Source: Paramecium tetraurelia (Eukaryota). Taken from it: a stretch of DNA of 64,000 nt. The stretch spans positions 1 to 64,000 of the forward strand of contig CT868021.1 of assembly GCA_000165425.1 (NCBI GenBank). The letters are read 5' to 3'. The notes under the pieces are model-generated. The model worked only from the letters and a program-made list of their open reading frames with translations. It did not search any database and was not told the DNA's origin. Shown one piece after another: positions 57,738 through 64,000 of the stretch (position 1 is its first letter; every line of letters starts with the position of its first letter). The translations under genes were made by a program, and so were the position numbers.

Positions 57738-58777
57738 ATGTTTCCAAGTAAATTGTATGATCTACAATTGACCCCCTCTTTGAACTCTCTAAACTGCGAT
57801 TTGGAGAGTGCCAAATTGATGGAATCATTCAAAAAACTCCTAATGGAAGACGACAAAGAGGTCTTGACTCCAGCACTGGTACATTTAATATTCACCATCC
57901 CCCTAGGACTTAATGAAGGCCATATCACACGCTCTCTACGGGACAGTGGTCTATTGGAAATCATTAAGCGAGAAATGCAAAGAAGAAGACCTCAACACTG
58001 TGAGTCAACTGTTGCAGAGGAAAATAGTCATTTATGATATGTGCGAGAATGAGGATCTCAGATGTCAGATCATCAATTTTGGGTACAAAAAACGCATCTA
58101 TTTGGCACGTTATCTCAACTATTTTTATGTCGTCGGCAAGAAGGGCAGTGGGGAAAAGCATAAATTGATCAAAGATATTCTTCTGGATGTAATTAATGAC
58201 ATTATAGGTTTACCTATAAGAAGACACAAGCGATCATACTCCGATCCCTTCAAATACCTATCTGATCAGAAGGACAATCGAATCAATAAGGTGAATGTTA
58301 AGAATGTACCCCTCTCTCCATCCAATATATCGCGAACCAGTTTGCAAATGCAACTCCTAGATGAAATCAACCAAGACGGGGATCTCCTTATGAAAGAATG
58401 CAATTCACTCATCAATTCATCCACTTCTCAGAATGATCTGTTGCAATCTCTGAACTTAAATTTATAGGAAGGCACCAATATTCTCTCGAATGTAAGTCTA
58501 TGTGATTCAATTTTAGATCAGGTATTTCGGTACTCTTAAGTTTTATGACGAGGCCAGAGCATATGGGTTTATTATCATGGATTTGGATGGCAGTGATTTG
58601 TTTGTTCATTGTGACGATCTCACCAAAGCAGGAATGACCAAAGATTTTTTAAGGACTGCTAAACATGGAAATATCATTAGATTTTCATTTCTGATACTGG
58701 AATATTTTGGAAAGTATAACAAGAGCAAAAAAGCGGTTGACTTGCAATTTATTCAAAGTTAACCTTATTTCATGTGA
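57738..58777 (+). CDS. Cold-shock-domain protein with possible degenerate OTU-like N-terminal segment
   Basis: Introns 57879-57906 and ~58493-58517 join three supplied ORFs; CSD RYFGTLKFYDEARAYGFIIMDLDGSDLFVHCDDL. Confidence 0.85.
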
Positions 58778-59216
58778 TATATTTTTTTATATCTATTTAC
58801 TAATATATAGTTTAATGATTAATTTATATCACTGAAATGAAAGAATCACATTCTAACATTCTAGACACATCTATTACAATAGATATGGCTCAATAAATTT
58901 ATCAAAATCTTTGAATTTGGAATGATAAAATTAAGAGTCAAAATTAAGAGGATGAAAATAGTCTCACATTATTATATAAGACCATATTAATAGGGACAAC
59001 ACAATAGTAATGGAGTCAGAGAGTAAGTCATTTTTGAATACCATCAACTACCAAAATGATTAGTATTCATTTTGATTGAAATGGTTTAGTTGTTTTAAGT
59101 TGATCCAGCAGGTTGTTTTAAGAATTTGGCTTTAGTTTGATACAAGAAGACTTGAAGATTATGATTTAACGCATATTTAAATTTGCATTTTAGAAATGTC
59201 ATTTTAATATATTATT

Positions 59217-60791
59217 ATGAATTATATTGATTAAGGTTCTGCACTGTCTAGAAAAGTGCCTAATAGAAAATTATCAAAAAAGAATTCTTTATTTTATTAG
59301 GTATGAACATAGCATTTTACACCATTAGTAATCGGTATTGGAGAATGAAGAGTTTCTGCAAAAGTACGAGAAGAATGTTGATTAATTGCAGACTGTAATT
59401 GAAGAGCCTGAATTGAAAGAAGTAATACAGAGCAGAAATGAGAAGTTCTTTTAGCTTTTAGAATAGATCATTAAGGTTGAATCATCAATCAAGGACTTTG
59501 CTAAAGGGTAAATGAGTTGGAATTACATAGATATCAAAAGTTTGGGTTTATCGTGTCAGACAATGGAATCACTTATAGAGAATGGGCTCCAAATGCTCAA
59601 GAGTTGAAATTGAATGAGTACAGCTGTACAACAGACAACGGTGGCAACTGGGAAGTTTTTATACCAAAGGATGACGACGACAATCATTAAATAGTGCATG
59701 GAAGCACATTAACTACATATTGCAATGATTTATAGAGAGCATCAGTTTGGACTTAAGTAAAAAACGGAGAATAAGCTATATTTTGGAATCCTGAAAACAA
59801 ATACGAATTCCAATAAAACTAATTATAATAAAAGCAATAAAGTAGAGGATTGAAAATAATCAAACAAAACATCAATGAACTCCAGAACATCCCTGGATTC
59901 AATGCAATATTGATAACCCAACAAGTCTTGATGACTGTCGATACACACTAAATCAATCCTGACGAATTGAAAAAGACCATTGAAAATCTCCATCAATAAG
60001 GACTTTCAATTCTCATGGATATAGATCATTAACTTATATCTTAGCATCTAAAGAGTTGGGATGGAAGTGAATACTAATATCATAGAGAAGGCACAGATTC
60101 CTTAGATTATGGAAAATGGGAGGTGTTGAGATTGCTACTCTCGAATCTGTCCTTCTGGATCTCAGAGTATTAGATAGATGGATTCAAGTTTTCAAATATT
60201 GATATAACCGATAACATCGATATTGCTGTCTATTTAATGTTGGCTAATGATTTGATACATGACATCTTGCCAAATGGAATCAGTATCATTCAAAATTTTG
60301 ATTATCCTGCCTTATGTAGAACCATTAAGGAGGGCGGATTAGGATTTGATTATAAACTCTCCTAATTGCAATCAAAGTAATACTTGCCCAAAACATTATT
60401 CCACATTAATGCAGATGCAACTCAATCTCAATAACTGAATGCTTTGGTCTTAGGATAAGTAAGCATCAATACACATTATTTAGGGAGTGATTTCAGATAT
60501 TAGAGATTCCCATTTGTTATAAGTGGAGTCCTAGCTTGGATGGCTGGAAAACGAATTTGCTGAAGTGAATGACATTGATTTCGTAATTGAAGTCAAGAGA
60601 TCAAAATACACCTTTTTGTTAAATCCTACTGATTAAGTAAAATCTCAATCTCAATATTATAGAATAGAGTAATTAAATTGAATTACAAAATTAACAAAGT
60701 CCTAAATAATGAAGGATAATAATGGGTGCAAATCGATGAAAACTCTACAGAAATATCAATTCAATCAGGATAGGCATTGATCATTGAATGA
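59217..60791 (+). CDS. Shortened glycogen branching enzyme (GH13) homolog, probably catalytically inactive (490 aa)
   Basis: FAKGYQKFG, ITYREWAPNA, IFWNP, PDELK, MDIDH, DYGKWEVLRLLLSNL, VYLMLANDLIH, PALCRTIKEGGLGFDYKL; open across four tiny introns. Confidence 0.88.
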
Positions 60792-60996
60792 TTACCTTAA
60801 AACTATCTGAATTTACAAAATGTGTTAAACAAATACCGATCATTTAAATATCAATATATTTTTTAATTGAAGAATAAATAATAATTTTCAATCAATTCTA
60901 TTTTAGTTGGGAAATGATGCTCTTATCTATCTAAATTTACTTTTTTGATCTTTTCTTGCATACACTAATATCCTCTTGTTTCATATTATGTTATTC

Positions 60997-61795
60997 AGCC
61001 ATTTAAATAATTACCACTATAATAGGATTCTGATAATGTAATAAGTATTTTATCCCCTACCTCTAAACTTAAGATTTGTTTTTCAAAATGACAGCACTAT
61101 AGTTGATATTCTTTATTCTCTATCGTATATTTTATCAATATTCTATTCTAACCAAAGTCATCTTTCATCTACTAAGCAATTTCTGAATTCAGTTAAATTT
61201 CAAGTTAAGTCAATACTGAACTTATTTATTCAAATTATTTTTCTGTTTATCCTCTAATTAAATTCAGATAAAATAACAGTATTAATTGAGGAAAATTAAT
61301 AAAATTTATCAACTCGAGTAGATTAAATAAGAATTATTTATTTTACAACTTAATGCTGTGTATTATATTAATTTCTGTTAAGAATGATAAATAGTAGGAA
61401 TAGTAAGTTTAAATGGGTATCCAATATCATACATCAATAGAGATAATAAGGAAAACCATTTTGTATTATTGAATGGGTAATATTATGAAAAAATTAATTC
61501 TAAAATTTATAATTCTCTGTAATTTTTAATTTAATATCGAATTATTACCCCTAATAGCGTTTTTCTTCATTAAAAAAATTGAATTTGAAATTCTGAAGCA
61601 TATTATCAGGAATCATAAGAGGAACTTTGACATCACTTATTAGATTAATATATTCTTTTTCTTAATCAATCTGCAAATTAATTTTACTGATTTAGAGACA
61701 TAATATTCAGATGTCTTTTATCCATTATTTTTCTTTATCATTTTCAGTCTTCTAGTGAAATAACATTGCTAATTTATAAGTTTATCTGTGCTCAT
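60997..61795 (-). pseudogene. Degenerate hypothetical gene, weak SH3-like tail
   Basis: Starts MSTDKLINQQCYFTRRLK; internal TGA stops; 3' segment INYSAVILKKQILSLEVGDKILIT loosely resembles SH3. Confidence 0.3.
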
Positions 61796-62277
61796 TTACT
61801 TTTGAATTCAATAAAATATAAATATATTAACAAATACTCATTATATCTTAAGTACAAAAAGAACGCTTGGATCTGAAGCTTAATAATGAAGATTTGTTCT
61901 AATTAATATAATATTTAGAAGTTTATGAGATGATTTTCCTTCTATTATTGCTATATGATAATAGAAGAAATCAATCATTCTTTATAATTTAATTTAAAGT
62001 ATGTTTACATCCGTTAGATCACAATCTTATAGGATTCATGCAATAATTAATTATGAATTCAAAAAGTAAAAATAGTAAGTATTGATGGAGGTTGTGTAAA
62101 TTATTTTAATTATTTTTCATTCGATGTTAATTCTACAAATTTAAACATGTTTAAAAACGAAAAATTAGACACATGTTCATTTTTTATTAAACATTTACGT
62201 ATATCCTCTTAGAATATCTGACAAATAAAGCATCAGAATAATTGCTAATTAATTTCATAATAGATATATTTAATAAA

Positions 62278-63258
<981 letters not shown>

Positions 63259-63298
63259 ACTAAATGAATATTATTGCAAATAAACCATATATCATTTA

Positions 63299-64000
63299 TC
63301 ACTTTATTTAATATATACTAAACAAGTCATTAAGTGAATGACACTCTAATAATTCTTTTATTAATGCTTTCTCTTTTTTTGTAAACATATTTACACATAA
63401 ATCAAATTTGTGAGTTTTTGGTAGACGATCTCTTAGAATAGCTAAATTTAAGATAAAAAAATACTTGTCAATTTTTCATTGTAACTATTATCTTATTTTA
63501 ATGCTAATCCTGCATTTATGATTAAGAATAAGATGTCTGTAGGCAAATCTTTTTTGGAATACAATTATTAAAGATTATCAACTTAAAATACATAGTCAAT
63601 GATTTAAGAAGGAGTTGCCTTCTTGAATGTATTCATGTTCTTCTCAAATATGGTTGCAGTTTCTGGCAATTGTTTCTTATTCAATAAATCTTAAATCACA
63701 TTAACTGTTAAATTTTATCCGATTTAATCTATCTATTATTAATTAACACTCTTCTATTTAGGTTACTAGCCTTTCGCTTATTATTATTCTGTTTTCTCTT
63801 ATTATGAATTGTTTTATTCATCTTTCTTATCTTATCTTGGTTATGATTCTTGATTCTTTTTTAATTTTACTCTGCATTCTGCATGTTATTTTTAAACCTC
63901 CAATAATTTTTCTTTTGCCTGCTTATTTTCTGAATCCAAATAAACAAGTCTCTCTAAATCCTTTCTTCCATTTTCAAATAACTCGTTTTATTCTTCCAAC
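63299..64000 (-). CDS. 3' part of RPAP3/SPAG1-like TPR co-chaperone (truncated by window edge)
   Basis: TPR-like end LFENGRKDLERLVYLDSENKQAKEKL, then RPAP3_C-like LPETATIFEK...IIDYV...LYSKKDLPTDILFLII...LPKTHKFDLCVNMFTKKEKALIKELL. Confidence 0.7.

Overview
Very AT-rich ciliate macronuclear-type DNA, most consistent with Paramecium (aurelia-like). Genes open only with genetic code 6 (TAA/TAG = Gln, TGA the sole stop) and carry tiny 20-32 nt GT-AG introns, so the supplied standard-code ORF track is mostly fragments or noise. All gene models below were translated by hand. Positions 1-11.5 kb are an apparently decayed region (Cys/His-rich coding-like remnants with stops and frameshifts, plus a TPR relic). 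Two TPR genes follow, in which each 34-aa repeat is an exact 102-nt exon flanked by phase-1 introns. The rest is gene-dense (about 25 genes): RsmB/NSUN methyltransferase, CCHC zinc-finger protein, SANT protein with abnormally long introns, dual-specificity phosphatase, secreted beta/gamma-crystallin-tailed repeat protein, divergent kinesin, divergent tubulin, adjacent SHAQKYF-type Myb and CCT-domain genes, MORN3, LITAF, MAP3K, ERK7-type MAPK, RING-H2, a kinase with a long coiled coil, MORN5, a cold-shock-domain protein, an intact but probably catalytically dead glycogen branching enzyme homolog, another kinase and a partial RPAP3/SPAG1-like gene. No RNA genes, transposons or telomeric repeats were recognised.
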